From the NCBI GenBank assembly GCA_035506575.1, contig DATJPD010000114.1, forward strand, positions 734 through 64,733: a DNA stretch of 64,000 bases. Reading direction: 5' to 3'. The notes under the pieces were generated by a model. That model saw only the letters and a list, made by a program, of their open reading frames with translations, was not told the origin of the DNA and searched no databases. Below, piece after piece: positions 47,779 to 58,095 of the stretch. The position numbers and the translations under genes are program-made. Source of the stretch: Alphaproteobacteria bacterium (GTDB taxonomy: Bacteria > Pseudomonadota > Alphaproteobacteria > CACIAM-22H2). Numbering within the stretch: the first letter of the stretch is position 1; each line of letters starts with the position of its first letter.

Positions 47779-50700
47779 TTGAGCATCTCTGAACCGTTCA
47801 TCCGCCGGCCGATCGCTACTGCCCTCATGATGGCGGCGGTGGCCTTCATCGGCATCGCGGCGTTCCCATTCCTGCCGGTGGCGCCGCTGCCGCAGGTCGA
47901 CTTCCCGACCATCCAGATCACGGCCCTTTGGCAAGGCGCCAGCGCCGATACTATGGCCACCTCGGTTGCGGCACCGCTCGAGCGCCAGTTCGCGCAAATT
48001 CCGGGCGTCTCGCAGCTGACCTCCCAGAGCGCTCTGGGTGCTACGACCGTCGTCATTCAGTTCGATCTGAACCGTAACATCGACGCCGCGGCGCAGGACG
48101 TCCAGGCGGCCATCACAGCGGCCAGCCGGTCCCTCCCGCAGGCGATGACCACGCCGCCGTACTACCGCAAGGTCAATCCGGCTGATTCGCCGATCCTGTT
48201 GTTGACGGCGCACTCCGACACGATGCCGCTGACCGCGGTCGACGAGTACGCCGACCTCTTCCTCGCACAGCAGATCTCGCAGGTCTCGGGCGTGGCGCAG
48301 GTCCTGATCTTCGGCGATAAGCCGCCCTCGATCCGCGTCCAGGTCGACCCAGCGAAGCTTGCCGCGAGCGGGCTTACACTGGAAGACATCCGAGGGATCC
48401 TCGCCACCTCGACAACGAACGTGGCCAAAGGCACGATCAACACGGCCAAGACCAGCTTCACCATCTCGACCAACGACCAGATTCTCGATCCCGGGCCGTT
48501 CAACGACGTGGTGCTCGCCTACCGGAACGGGGCGCCGATTCGCGTCAGCGACATCGGCCAGGCGATCTCGGCGCCGGTCGACCGCAACGTCGCCGCCTAC
48601 CAGAACAATCGCGATGGCGTCATCCTGGCCGTGTTCAAGCAGCCCGGCGCCAATGTGGTCGAGACGGTCGACAGCATCAAGGCACAGCTGCCGCAGCTGA
48701 CGGCGCGCATTCCGCCTGCGATCAAGATCGAGACGCTCCTCGACCGGACCACCACCATCCGGGCCTCGGTCGCCGATGTCGAGTTCACCTTGGCGCTCAC
48801 CATCGGCCTCGTGGTCATGGTGATCCTGCTGTTTCTGCGAAATTTCTGGGCAACCGCGATTCCGAGCGTGACCGTACCGCTGGCCCTGGCCGGGTCGTGC
48901 GGTGTCATGTACTTGCTCAATTTCAGCCTCGACAACCTGTCGCTTATGGCGCTCACCATCGCCGTGGGGTTCGTGGTCGACGACGCGATCGTCGTGGTGG
49001 AGAACATCTACCGTCACATCGAAAACGGCGAGACGCCGTTCCAGGCGGCGCTCAAAGGGTCGCGCGAGATCGGCTTCACGGTCATATCGATCAGCGCGTC
49101 GCTGATCGCCGTGTTCATCCCGCTGCTGCTCATGGGCGGCATCATCGGCCGTCTGTTCCGCGAATTCGCGCTCACTGTGACGGCGGCGATCGCGGTCTCG
49201 GCTTTCGTGTCGCTGACCTTGGCGCCGATGATGTGCTCCAAGTTCATGCACCGCCATTCCGACCAGCACGGCCGGCTGTTCCAGGCCATCGAAGCCGGCT
49301 TCAACGGCTTGTTCGCGTTCTACCGGCGCACGCTCGATGTCGTGCTCCGCCACCAGCCGTTCACGCTTGCCGTCTTCTTCGGCACCATGGCGTTGACCGG
49401 GATTCTGGCCGTCGTGACGCCAAAGGGCTTCTTCCCGATCCAGGACACCGGCGTCATCTCGGCCTTCGTCGAGGCGGCGCAGGACACCTCGCCGCAAGAG
49501 ATGATGGTCCTGCTGCGCAGGCTGGGGGCAGTGCTCATGCAGGACCCCGACGTCTCGGGTCTCGGCACGTTCACCGGCAGCTCGGGGGGTGCCCAGACCG
49601 CCAATACCGGCCGTGGGTTCATCGTGCTCAAGCCGCGCGATCAGCGCAAGCTCACCGCCTCGCAGATCATCGACCGCCTACGGCCGAAACTCGCCGTGAT
49701 CCCGGGCGTCACGATGTTCCTGCAGGCAAGTCAGGACATCACGGTCGGCGGCCGTATCGCGCGCGGTCAGTTCCAGTACACGTTGCAGGATTCGAGCATT
49801 CCCGAGCTGACCGAATGGTCGAAGAAGATGCTCGAAAAGATGCGCACCCTGCCGCAGATCGTCGACGTGGCAACTGACTTTATCGCCAACGCGCCCCAGC
49901 TCAAGGTGACGATCAACCGCGACCAGGCCTCGCGGTTCGGTATCTCACCGCAGATGATCGACGACACCCTCAACGATGCATTCGGCCAGCGGCAGATCAC
50001 GCAGTACTTCACCCAGCTCAAGACCTACTTCGTCATCCTCGAGATCCTGCCGAGCCTGCAACAGGACCTGTCGACGTTGGACCGCCTGTACGTGAAGTCG
50101 CCGTTGACCGGCGGTCCCGTGCCGCTGTCGACGCTCGTGAGTATCGATTCGACCGCGGTCGGCCCTCTCTCGGTCGCCCATCAGGGCCAGTTCCCGGCCG
50201 TGACATTATCGTTCAACCTGCGGCCCGGCATGGCGCTGGGCGAGGCGGTCGACGCGATCCAGAAGGCGGCGCGCGAGGTTGGAATGCCGCCGTCGGTCCT
50301 GTCGTCGTTCCAGGGCAACGCGCAGGCGTTCCAGAGCTCGCTGTCGAGCGAGCCGATCCTCATTGGTGCCGCGCTGATCGTCGTCTACATCATCCTCGGC
50401 ATGCTCTATGAGAGCTTCATCCACCCACTGACGATCTTGTCGACCCTGCCGTCGGCTGGCATCGGCGCCCTTCTCGCGCTCAACGCCGGGCACATGGACC
50501 TGTCGGTGATCGGAATCATCGGCATCATCCTGCTGATCGGCATCGTCAAGAAGAACGGCATCATGCTGGTCGATTTCGCGATCGCGGCGGAGCGCGAGCG
50601 ACATTTGGATCCTCTCTCGGCCATCCGCGAGGCCTGCCACCTGCGCTTCCGCCCCATCCTGATGACGACCGCGGCCGCGATGCTGGCCGGCGTGCCGCTG

Positions 50701-50910
50701 ATGTTGGGCAGCGGCACCGGATCGGAGGTCCGCCAGCCGCTCGGCTACGCCATGGTCGGCGGCCTGGCGCTGAGCCAGGTCCTGACGCTGTACACGACCC
50801 CGGTCGTTTACCTATACCTCGACCGCCTGCAGAACTGGATCCGCGGGACGAAGAAGCCGCACGGGCCGGTGCCGGTCGAGGACGACGTCCGCACGATGGC
50901 GGCCGAGTGA
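47779..50910 (+). CDS. RND family efflux permease (MdtB/MdtC/AcrB-like)
   Basis: 1043 aa, 12 TM plus two large periplasmic loops. RND N-terminus FIRRPIATALMMAAVAFIGIAAF. TTG start. Confidence 0.9.
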   Translation: MSISEPFIRRPIATALMMAAVAFIGIAAFPFLPVAPLPQVDFPTIQITALWQGASADTMATSVAAPLERQFAQIPGVSQLTSQSALGATTVVIQFDLNRNIDAAAQDVQAAITAASRSLPQAMTTPPYYRKVNPADSPILLLTAHSDTMPLTAVDEYADLFLAQQISQVSGVAQVLIFGDKPPSIRVQVDPAKLAASGLTLEDIRGILATSTTNVAKGTINTAKTSFTISTNDQILDPGPFNDVVLAYRNGAPIRVSDIGQAISAPVDRNVAAYQNNRDGVILAVFKQPGANVVETVDSIKAQLPQLTARIPPAIKIETLLDRTTTIRASVADVEFTLALTIGLVVMVILLFLRNFWATAIPSVTVPLALAGSCGVMYLLNFSLDNLSLMALTIAVGFVVDDAIVVVENIYRHIENGETPFQAALKGSREIGFTVISISASLIAVFIPLLLMGGIIGRLFREFALTVTAAIAVSAFVSLTLAPMMCSKFMHRHSDQHGRLFQAIEAGFNGLFAFYRRTLDVVLRHQPFTLAVFFGTMALTGILAVVTPKGFFPIQDTGVISAFVEAAQDTSPQEMMVLLRRLGAVLMQDPDVSGLGTFTGSSGGAQTANTGRGFIVLKPRDQRKLTASQIIDRLRPKLAVIPGVTMFLQASQDITVGGRIARGQFQYTLQDSSIPELTEWSKKMLEKMRTLPQIVDVATDFIANAPQLKVTINRDQASRFGISPQMIDDTLNDAFGQRQITQYFTQLKTYFVILEILPSLQQDLSTLDRLYVKSPLTGGPVPLSTLVSIDSTAVGPLSVAHQGQFPAVTLSFNLRPGMALGEAVDAIQKAAREVGMPPSVLSSFQGNAQAFQSSLSSEPILIGAALIVVYIILGMLYESFIHPLTILSTLPSAGIGALLALNAGHMDLSVIGIIGIILLIGIVKKNGIMLVDFAIAAERERHLDPLSAIREACHLRFRPILMTTAAAMLAGVPLMLGSGTGSEVRQPLGYAMVGGLALSQVLTLYTTPVVYLYLDRLQNWIRGTKKPHGPVPVEDDVRTMAAE

Positions 50911-51048
50911 GCTGAGACGCTGCTGCCTCGGCGCTGTCATGGCGCCGGGCATTCCCGCATTGGCGGCTGCATCCGCCTGAGGGTATAACCGGAGCGGGCG
51001 AGGGGGCTTGGTGTAGCTCCTCGAGCCCGCAACGAAGGGGAGCAGCTT

Positions 51049-52176
51049 ATGGCGGGTGTCGACCGCAGCAATCAATTTCCGATCCCTGACCGGATGAAGG
51101 CCTGGGTGCTCGGCGGGCCCGAGCAGCTGAGCATGGTCGAGAAGCCGGTGCCGCAACCCGCCGCGGCCGAAGTACTGGTGCGCATCGATGCGATCGCCGT
51201 CTGCGCCACGGACCTCGAGATCATCAAGCACGGCCCGCCGGCCCTCATCCAAGGCGGGCTCCCGTTCAACAAGAACTTCACGCCCGGCCATGAATACATG
51301 GGTACGGTGGTCAAGCTCGGGCCCGGCGTGGACGAGTACAGCGTCGGCGACCGGGTGACGGTCGAGATCCATGCCGGCTGCGGCCGCTGCCCCCGCTGCC
51401 GCGAAGGCATGTACACCGCCTGCCTCAATTACGGGATGAATTACGGGACCCACGACAAGGGGCACCGCGCCAACGGCTTTACCACGGACGGCGGGTTCGC
51501 CGAATACGCCGTCAACAACATCAACACGCTCGTCCACGTCCCGGACGACATGACCGACGAGGAGGCCACGCTCGTGGTCACCGCCGGCACGGCCATGTAC
51601 GGCATCGACGTCATGGGCGGGGTGATCGCCGGCCAGTCGATCGTGGTCATGGGCCCGGGCCCGATCGGCCTCATGGGCGTGGGGGTCGCGAAGGCGCTCG
51701 GCGCCTACCCGGTGATCCTGACCGGCACGCGCGACAAGCGGCTCGAAATGGGCCGCAGGCTGGGTGCCGACCACGTGATCAACGTGAAGAACCAGAATGC
51801 CGTCGAAGAGGTCCGACGCCTCACCCGCGGCATCGGCTGCGACTATGTGCTCGAATGCTCAGGCGCTCCGACCGCGCTCAACGATGCGGCGCAGATGTGC
51901 AACCGCGGCGGGCGCATCTGCCTCGCCGCGTTCCCGCACGAGCCCGTTCCGGTCGATGTGGCGCATATCGTGCGCAACAACATCTACGTCTTCGGCATCC
52001 GCGGCGAGGGCAAGTCCGCGACGCACCGCGCTGCTGCGTTCATGATGCAGAAGCGCTTCGACGCAAAAATGATCCACACGCATACGTTCCCGCTGGCCGA
52101 CGTGCCGACTGCGATCCGCTACGCGCGCGACCGCGTCGACGACGCCATCAAGGTCGTCGTGAAGATGCGCTCATGA
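51049..52176 (+). CDS. zinc-dependent medium-chain alcohol/polyol dehydrogenase (threonine/sorbitol dehydrogenase-like)
   Basis: GHEYMGTVV catalytic Zn motif, structural Zn CGRCPRCREGMYTAC, GPGPIGLMGV NAD motif. Possible start at MKAWVLG (51094). Confidence 0.85.
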   Translation: MAGVDRSNQFPIPDRMKAWVLGGPEQLSMVEKPVPQPAAAEVLVRIDAIAVCATDLEIIKHGPPALIQGGLPFNKNFTPGHEYMGTVVKLGPGVDEYSVGDRVTVEIHAGCGRCPRCREGMYTACLNYGMNYGTHDKGHRANGFTTDGGFAEYAVNNINTLVHVPDDMTDEEATLVVTAGTAMYGIDVMGGVIAGQSIVVMGPGPIGLMGVGVAKALGAYPVILTGTRDKRLEMGRRLGADHVINVKNQNAVEEVRRLTRGIGCDYVLECSGAPTALNDAAQMCNRGGRICLAAFPHEPVPVDVAHIVRNNIYVFGIRGEGKSATHRAAAFMMQKRFDAKMIHTHTFPLADVPTAIRYARDRVDDAIKVVVKMRS

Positions 52177-53135
52177 CGCCGATGTGGCGGCGCACGGCCC
52201 TCGTGGCCCTGGCGTGGCTCGCCGCCGCGTCCGCGGCGTCCGCCCAGTCGTTCCCCGACCACAAGCCCATCCGGATGACCGTGATGTTCGGCCCCGGCAG
52301 TGCGGCCGACGTCACCGCCCGCAAGCTCGCGGACGGAATGGAGAAGGCACTCGATGCGCCGGTGCCGGTGGTGAACCGTCCCGGTGCGGGCGGCGCTGTG
52401 GGGTACACCCACGTGGCGATGCAGAAGCCGGACGGCTACTCGATCGTCTGGAACTCGAACTCGATCTCCACCGCTTATCACCAGGGCATCCTCGAATTCG
52501 ACTACACGAAGTTCGATGCCGTCGCCCGCGTGAGCGTCGAAATCCCGGCGATCGCCGTGCGCGCGGATTCACGGTGGAAGACCCTCGGCGAACTGGTTGC
52601 CTACGCGAAGGAGAATCCCGGCAAGGTGCGGGTCGGCAATTCCGGGTTCGGCAGCCATACGCACTTTGCTTCAGTGGCACTGTTCGGGTCCGCAGGCGCC
52701 AAGGTCATCGACGTGCCGTTCAACGGCAATGACGCGGTCACGGACCTTCTGGCCGGGCGCATCGAGGCGGCGGTTCAGCTCCCGGCCGCCTTCATCGCCT
52801 ATGTGAAAAACGGCGACCTGCACATCCTCGCGGGCCTCGGATCGGAACGCGATCCGATCTTTCCCGATGTCGCCTCGGCGCGCGAGCAGGGGTATGACGT
52901 TGCCCTCGACATGTGGCGAGGCATCGCGGTTCCGAAGGGCACGCCTGGCCCGGTGATCTCGGCCCTCGAGGCGGCGATCAGGCAGACGGTGGACAGTCCG
53001 GCGTTTGGCGATGCCGGCCGGCAGATTGGCTTCAAGCCGGCCTTCCTGCCGCATGACCGGTTCGCGGCGCTCATCGCATCCGACGACGTCAGGCTCGCCA
53101 AGCTCATGGCAGACCTCGGGATGAAGAAGCAGTAG
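52173..53135 (+). CDS. Bug/TctC family substrate-binding protein
   Basis: ATGA overlap with the ADH gene. Signal peptide. GPGSAADVTARKLA, GYSIVWNSNS. Confidence 0.85.
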   Translation: MTPMWRRTALVALAWLAAASAASAQSFPDHKPIRMTVMFGPGSAADVTARKLADGMEKALDAPVPVVNRPGAGGAVGYTHVAMQKPDGYSIVWNSNSISTAYHQGILEFDYTKFDAVARVSVEIPAIAVRADSRWKTLGELVAYAKENPGKVRVGNSGFGSHTHFASVALFGSAGAKVIDVPFNGNDAVTDLLAGRIEAAVQLPAAFIAYVKNGDLHILAGLGSERDPIFPDVASAREQGYDVALDMWRGIAVPKGTPGPVISALEAAIRQTVDSPAFGDAGRQIGFKPAFLPHDRFAALIASDDVRLAKLMADLGMKKQ

Positions 53136-53167
53136 ACGCGCACCGGTTCGTCGTTCGACAATTCACC

Positions 53168-54892
53168 ATGGCGGCACCACCACCCGATCACGGTCTCGCG
53201 CGCGGGCTCACGAACTACGGCGACCGGGCGTTTTCGCTGTATTTGCGCCGCTCGTTCGCCCGCTCGATGGGCTATTCGAGCGAGATGCTCGCGCGGCCCG
53301 TGATCGGCATCGCCAATTCGGCCAGTGGCTTCAACAACTGTCATCGGCATTTCCCCGAGTTGCTCGAGGCCGTGAAGCGCGGCGTGCTCGCGGCCGGCGG
53401 TCTGCCCCTGGAGTTCCCCACCATCTCCCTGGGCGAGGTGTTCCTCGCCCCCACCAGCCTTATGTTCCGCAACCTGATGTCGATGGACGTCGAGGAGATG
53501 GTCCGGGCCCAGCCGATGGACGCGGTCGTGCTCATGGGCGGGTGCGACAAGACGGTCCCCGCCCAGCTGATGGGGGCCGCCTCGGCGGGGCTCCCGGCGA
53601 TCCAGATCGTGGCCGGGCCGATGATGACCAGCCGTTGGCGCAGCGAGCGGCTGGGCGCCTGCACCGATTGCCGCCGCTTCTGGGCGCAGTTCCGCGCCGG
53701 AAAGGTGTCGCCGGCCGAGATCCAGCAGATCGAAGGGGGGCTGGCGACCACCGCCGGAACCTGTGCCGTCATGGGAACGGCGAGCACCATGGCCTGCATC
53801 GCCGAGACCCTGGGGATGTGCCTCCCCGGCACCGCGGCGATCCCCGCCGTCCATGCGGACCGGCTGCGCGCCGCCGAGGCCACTGGTGCTGCCGCCGTTC
53901 GCCTTGCCGCGAGCAAGATCACCCCGGATCGCATCATCACCCGGAATTCGGTTGAGAACGCCCTGCGCGTGCTGCTGGCGCTCGGCGGGTCGACCAATGC
54001 GGTCATCCATCTGACCGCGATCGCCGGCAGGCTCGGCATCGACGTCCCGCTCGCCTGGATCAACGAGCTGAGCGACACCACGCCGGTGCTCGTCGACCTG
54101 AAGCCGACCGGGCAGCACTATATGGAGGACTTCTTCGCGGCCGGCGGTATGAGCGTGGTCTTGCGCGAGCTCAAGGACCGCCTGCACCTCGATTGCATGA
54201 CGGTCACCGGCGAGACCCTGGGCGAGCGGCTCGCCGGGGCGGGTGAGCTCTATGTCGACCCGGCGGTCATCCGCCCGGCGTCGAACCCGGTCGAGCCGGT
54301 GGGCGGCCTCGTCGCCCTGTTCGGCTCGCTGGCGCCGCGCGGGGCGATCCTCAAGCGGTCCGCGGCCGACAAATCGCTGTTCGAGAAGGAGGGGCGGGCC
54401 GTGGTGTTCTCATCGCTCGAGGACCTCGCGGCGCGCATCGACAGCTCGGAGCTCGATGTCACGGCCGACGATATCCTGGTGCTGCAGAACGCCGGGCCCA
54501 CAAGTGGTGCAGGCATGCCCGAGGCCGGCTACCTGCCGATCCCGGCCAAGCTGGCGCGCGCCGGGGTCAAGGACATGGTGCGCATCTCCGACGCTCGGAT
54601 GAGCGGCACCGCGTACGGCGCGGTCGTTCTGCACGTGGCACCGGAGGCGGCCGCCGGCGGTCCGCTGGCGCTGGTGCGCAATGGCGACCGGATCCGCCTC
54701 AGCGTGTCGGAGCGCCGGCTCGACCTGTTGGTCAATGAGGCGGAGCTCGGCCGGCGCAAGGCCGAGTGGGCGCGCACGGCAGCCTCGCGCCCGCAGCCGC
54801 AGCGCGGCTATGCGAAGCTGTACATGGACAGCGTGCTGCAAGCCGATGCCGGCTGCGATTTCAGCTTCCTGCGGGCCGTGCCGGCGGGCTGA
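53168..54892 (+). CDS. IlvD/EDD family dehydratase (sugar-acid/dihydroxy-acid dehydratase)
   Basis: CDKTVPAQLMGA cluster Cys and GTCAVMGTASTMA. 574 aa. Confidence 0.85.
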   Translation: MAAPPPDHGLARGLTNYGDRAFSLYLRRSFARSMGYSSEMLARPVIGIANSASGFNNCHRHFPELLEAVKRGVLAAGGLPLEFPTISLGEVFLAPTSLMFRNLMSMDVEEMVRAQPMDAVVLMGGCDKTVPAQLMGAASAGLPAIQIVAGPMMTSRWRSERLGACTDCRRFWAQFRAGKVSPAEIQQIEGGLATTAGTCAVMGTASTMACIAETLGMCLPGTAAIPAVHADRLRAAEATGAAAVRLAASKITPDRIITRNSVENALRVLLALGGSTNAVIHLTAIAGRLGIDVPLAWINELSDTTPVLVDLKPTGQHYMEDFFAAGGMSVVLRELKDRLHLDCMTVTGETLGERLAGAGELYVDPAVIRPASNPVEPVGGLVALFGSLAPRGAILKRSAADKSLFEKEGRAVVFSSLEDLAARIDSSELDVTADDILVLQNAGPTSGAGMPEAGYLPIPAKLARAGVKDMVRISDARMSGTAYGAVVLHVAPEAAAGGPLALVRNGDRIRLSVSERRLDLLVNEAELGRRKAEWARTAASRPQPQRGYAKLYMDSVLQADAGCDFSFLRAVPAG

Positions 54893-54895
54893 TCT

Positions 54896-55573
54896 TCACG
54901 CATCGCAGAGCGGCCATGGGCCCATATCGAGATGCAGGTGCTCGTGGTGGTCGGCGTTCGTGTTGGGGGTCAGGACCACGCTGAACAGGCCGCACGCGCC
55001 GCGCGCCACCTCGTGCAGGAATTTGGCCGGCACCCCCGGGCCGCTCCAGTCGTTCTTGACCGAGACGAGCGTGCCGTCATCGAGCACGAATCCGGCGATG
55101 TCGATGGCCTGGCCGCTCGCGTGCATCGAGATGCGATGGCTGCCGGCGATGTTGCGGCAGGAATAAGACCCGACCTGCCGCACCTCGATGACGTTGCGCT
55201 TGAAGTACCGCTGGGCCGCCATCTGGACCACGTTGATTTCGAACTCGTCCAGCCGGAGCGCCATGGGACAGCTCAAGGTCGCTGGCCGGTTGAAGGGCGT
55301 CAGCAGGGCTGCGACCCGCACGCCAGTCATGACATTGCAGGCACCAGCCGTCGCGTACGTGGGCATCACCTCGTAGCTGATGCCCCGCTGAGAAAGCTCC
55401 TCCAGGCACAATTCGCCGGCCGATGGGCCCGGCCTGTAGGCCGCGGCCGGCGGCAGCGCCGACCGGTCAGGCGGCGGCCCCGATGTGCAACCACCCGCCG
55501 CCGCGGCCCATACGAGGCCGGCGACGGCACAGCCCCTCATGGCTCCGCTCCGCGCCATGGCTCGCCCCTTCAC
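54896..55573 (-). CDS. extensin-like C-terminal domain lipoprotein
   Basis: Lipobox-like AAGGC. Conserved ISMHASGQAIDIAGF and HHEHLHLD (extensin-like PF06904 pattern typical of alphaproteobacteria). Confidence 0.65.
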   Translation of the reverse strand: MKGRAMARSGAMRGCAVAGLVWAAAAGGCTSGPPPDRSALPPAAAYRPGPSAGELCLEELSQRGISYEVMPTYATAGACNVMTGVRVAALLTPFNRPATLSCPMALRLDEFEINVVQMAAQRYFKRNVIEVRQVGSYSCRNIAGSHRISMHASGQAIDIAGFVLDDGTLVSVKNDWSGPGVPAKFLHEVARGACGLFSVVLTPNTNADHHEHLHLDMGPWPLCDA

Positions 55574-55584
55574 ATCTGCGGGGA

Positions 55585-56091
55585 TCAGGCGTGGGCGGGT
55601 GCCGCCGCTATCGAGGAGAAGCCCGGCGCGACGCGGTGCACGAGGTAGCGGAGCTTCGCCTCCACCTGGGCCCGCGAGAACGGCCGCACCAGGATGGCGC
55701 TGACGCCGCTGTTCACGGCTTCCTGGATGTGCTCCGGATCGCTCTGGCTCGAGATCAGCAGGAACTGCACGTGCGGCGCCTTGCGGCGGAGCTCGGCCAG
55801 CAATTCAAGGCCGCTCATCTCCGGCAGATCCAGGTCGCACACGACGAGGGTGATCTTGGCCTCCTCAGCGACCTTGAGGGCTGCCTTGGCGCCATTTGCG
55901 GTGACGATTTTCTCGATACCCAGGGCACGCGCGACCGTGCTGACCAAGGTCCGCGTATATCCCTCCTGTTCGACGATCAGAACGCTCACATTGGGCACCG
56001 TCCTGCCCGCTGCCTGCGCCGACACGGCCGCGGCGGCGGGTGCGAGGGTGGCAGGACGTGACTGAGCCTGAGGCGTTGCAGTGACCATGGT
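55585..56091 (-). CDS. single-domain response regulator (CheY-like receiver), atypical
   Basis: Receiver fold with phospho-Asp context LVVCDLDLPEMSG and LLISSQ. Start moved to MVTATPQ with RBS GGGAGGG. The ORF extension to 56178 runs into the AT-rich promoter. Confidence 0.65.
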   Translation of the reverse strand, partial: TMVTATPQAQSRPATLAPAAAAVSAQAAGRTVPNVSVLIVEQEGYTRTLVSTVARALGIEKIVTANGAKAALKVAEEAKITLVVCDLDLPEMSGLELLAELRRKAPHVQFLLISSQSDPEHIQEAVNSGVSAILVRPFSRAQVEAKLRYLVHRVAPGFSSIAAAPAHA

Positions 56092-56508
56092 TGAGGCCCT
56101 CCCGATTTCTTCGGACGCAACAGTTGTTCTTACCCTGTGAATAATATTGGTTAGCTGTTGATAACTCAAAACTTTCAAATTGCATTGTATTCAGGGCGGA
56201 AATAGCGAAAAAGCGATATAGCTAAACTCGCCAAAATTTTACCGACCTTGCACGAATCCGATTGCCGCCGCGGGCGTGGACCGCGCATCGCACGCCTGCA
56301 GCCAGGCAACGACTCCACCGCGTGCAGCTCAAATTTGTGGAAAGCGGTCCGGTATTGTGCAGCGCAAATCTTTTTGCCCGGGGAACGCATTTTGGCGACA
56401 AATGTGCACGGGCCCCCGCCGCGCTGCTGCCCAGTTGCATTTTGGCGGCGGGCGGGGCCTGATAGCCCTTGGGAACCGTTTGGGTCCGGGACCGTGCGGA
56501 GGTCAGAG

Positions 56509-57291
56509 ATGAGTGTAGACGTTCTCGTACGGCGGGCGCCGCCCGCCATGTCGGCCGAGGAATGGCAGCTGCGGCTGGAACTCGCCGCGTGCTACCGCTT
56601 GTTCGCGTATCTCGGCTGGATCGAGATGATCTACAACCACATCACCGTGCGCGTGCCGGGGCCCGAGCCGCACTATTTGATCAACCCGTTCGGCCTCAAC
56701 TACGAGGAGGTCACGGCGCGCAACCTGGTGAAGGTCGACACCCACGGCAAGGTGCTCGACGGTTCGGCCTATCCCATCAATCTCGCCGGCTTCATCATCC
56801 ACAGCGCGATCCATTCGGCCCGGCCGGACGCGCACTGCATCATCCACACGCACACCACGGCCGGGTGCGCCGTCTCTGGCAAGGAAGAGGGGCTGCGGCC
56901 GGATAATTTCTACAGCGCCATGCTGCACGGCCAGGTCGCCTATCATGATTTCGAGGGCATCACGACGGATGCGGCGGAGCAACCCCGCCTGGTCAAAAGC
57001 CTCGGTAACAAGAACATCCTGATCCTGCGCAACCATGGCCTTTTGGTGATTGGCGCGCACGTCCCGGAGGCGTTGAACCTCCACTGGACCCTGCAACGCG
57101 CCTGTGAGGTGCAGCTCGCCACGGATTCGATGGCCGGCGCCAACCGCCGGATTTCGCCCGAAGCTCTCGCCCAAACCCCGGCGCGCCGGGACAAGGAGAG
57201 CCGGGGCGGCGAAAACCGGCGCGGCCAGCTGTTCTTCGACGCCTTGCTCCGCCGCGCCAAGCTGCGCCTGGAAGACCTCGCAGGGGACTAG
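56509..57291 (+). CDS. class II aldolase/adducin family protein
   Basis: HTHTTAGCA...NHGLLVIGA metal-binding His pattern. RBS GGAGG. 260 aa. Confidence 0.8.
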   Translation: MSVDVLVRRAPPAMSAEEWQLRLELAACYRLFAYLGWIEMIYNHITVRVPGPEPHYLINPFGLNYEEVTARNLVKVDTHGKVLDGSAYPINLAGFIIHSAIHSARPDAHCIIHTHTTAGCAVSGKEEGLRPDNFYSAMLHGQVAYHDFEGITTDAAEQPRLVKSLGNKNILILRNHGLLVIGAHVPEALNLHWTLQRACEVQLATDSMAGANRRISPEALAQTPARRDKESRGGENRRGQLFFDALLRRAKLRLEDLAGD

Positions 57292-57294
57292 CGG

Positions 57295-58095
57295 ATGCCC
57301 GTCACGGGCAGCGGCGACCAGGCGATCTATTTCGAGGATCACGGGTCGGGACCGGCGGTTCTGCTCGTGCCGGGCCTGGGCGGGGTCTGCACCTGCTGGG
57401 CCGACCAGGTGCCCGAGTTCGCACGCGAGTTCCGCGTCATCATCCACGACCACCGGGGGACCGGGCGCAGCGCGCGGCCGCTGATGGACTATTCGGTCGA
57501 GCAGATGACCGCCGACGTGCTCAGGGTCATGGATGCGTGCGACATTGAAAAGGCGCACGTGGTCGGCCATTCGACCGGCGGCGCCATCGGCCAGATCATG
57601 GCCATCGACCACCCGCCCCGCATCTCGGCCCTGGTCGGCGCCAACACCTGGACGCATGGCGATCCCTACTTCAAGCACGTCTTCCGCTTTCGCAGCGGTC
57701 TGCTCGAGCAAGGCCGCATCGATCTCTATGCGAGCGCCGGCTCGTTCATGCTGTGGTCGCCGGACTGGATCGCGGCGAACATCGAGCGTGTCGAACGGGA
57801 CGAGAAGATCATGCGCGACAATTTCCCCGACCCGCGCGTCGGAATCGCCCGCATCGACGCGATCACGCGCTTCGACCGCCGGCACGACCTGTCGCGCATC
57901 ACGGTGCCGACTCTCATCGTGGGTTGCGAAGACGACATGGTCACGCCCGCCTATTTCTCGCGCGAGCTCGCGAAGCGGATCCCCGGCGCCCGTCTCGAGA
58001 TGCTGCCCAATGGCGGCCATTCCTGCTATCAGACCCGCATCCCCGAGTGGAACCGGATCGTGCTGAAATTCCTGCGTAGCCTGCCAAAGCAATGA
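57295..58095 (+). CDS. alpha/beta-fold hydrolase (enol-lactonase/RutD-like)
   Basis: Nucleophile elbow GHSTGG. Asp/His in IVGCEDDMVTP and NGGHSCY. 266 aa. Confidence 0.8.
   Translation: MPVTGSGDQAIYFEDHGSGPAVLLVPGLGGVCTCWADQVPEFAREFRVIIHDHRGTGRSARPLMDYSVEQMTADVLRVMDACDIEKAHVVGHSTGGAIGQIMAIDHPPRISALVGANTWTHGDPYFKHVFRFRSGLLEQGRIDLYASAGSFMLWSPDWIAANIERVERDEKIMRDNFPDPRVGIARIDAITRFDRRHDLSRITVPTLIVGCEDDMVTPAYFSRELAKRIPGARLEMLPNGGHSCYQTRIPEWNRIVLKFLRSLPKQ

Noticed and set aside
47677-49497. 606-aa minus-strand ORF plus multiple nested ORFs
   Set aside because: Antisense to the RND permease, with RDRH-rich low-complexity translation.
55585-56178. 197-aa version of the response regulator
   Set aside because: The extension runs into the AT-rich promoter region. 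A good RBS (GGGAGGG) precedes the internal ATG at 56091.
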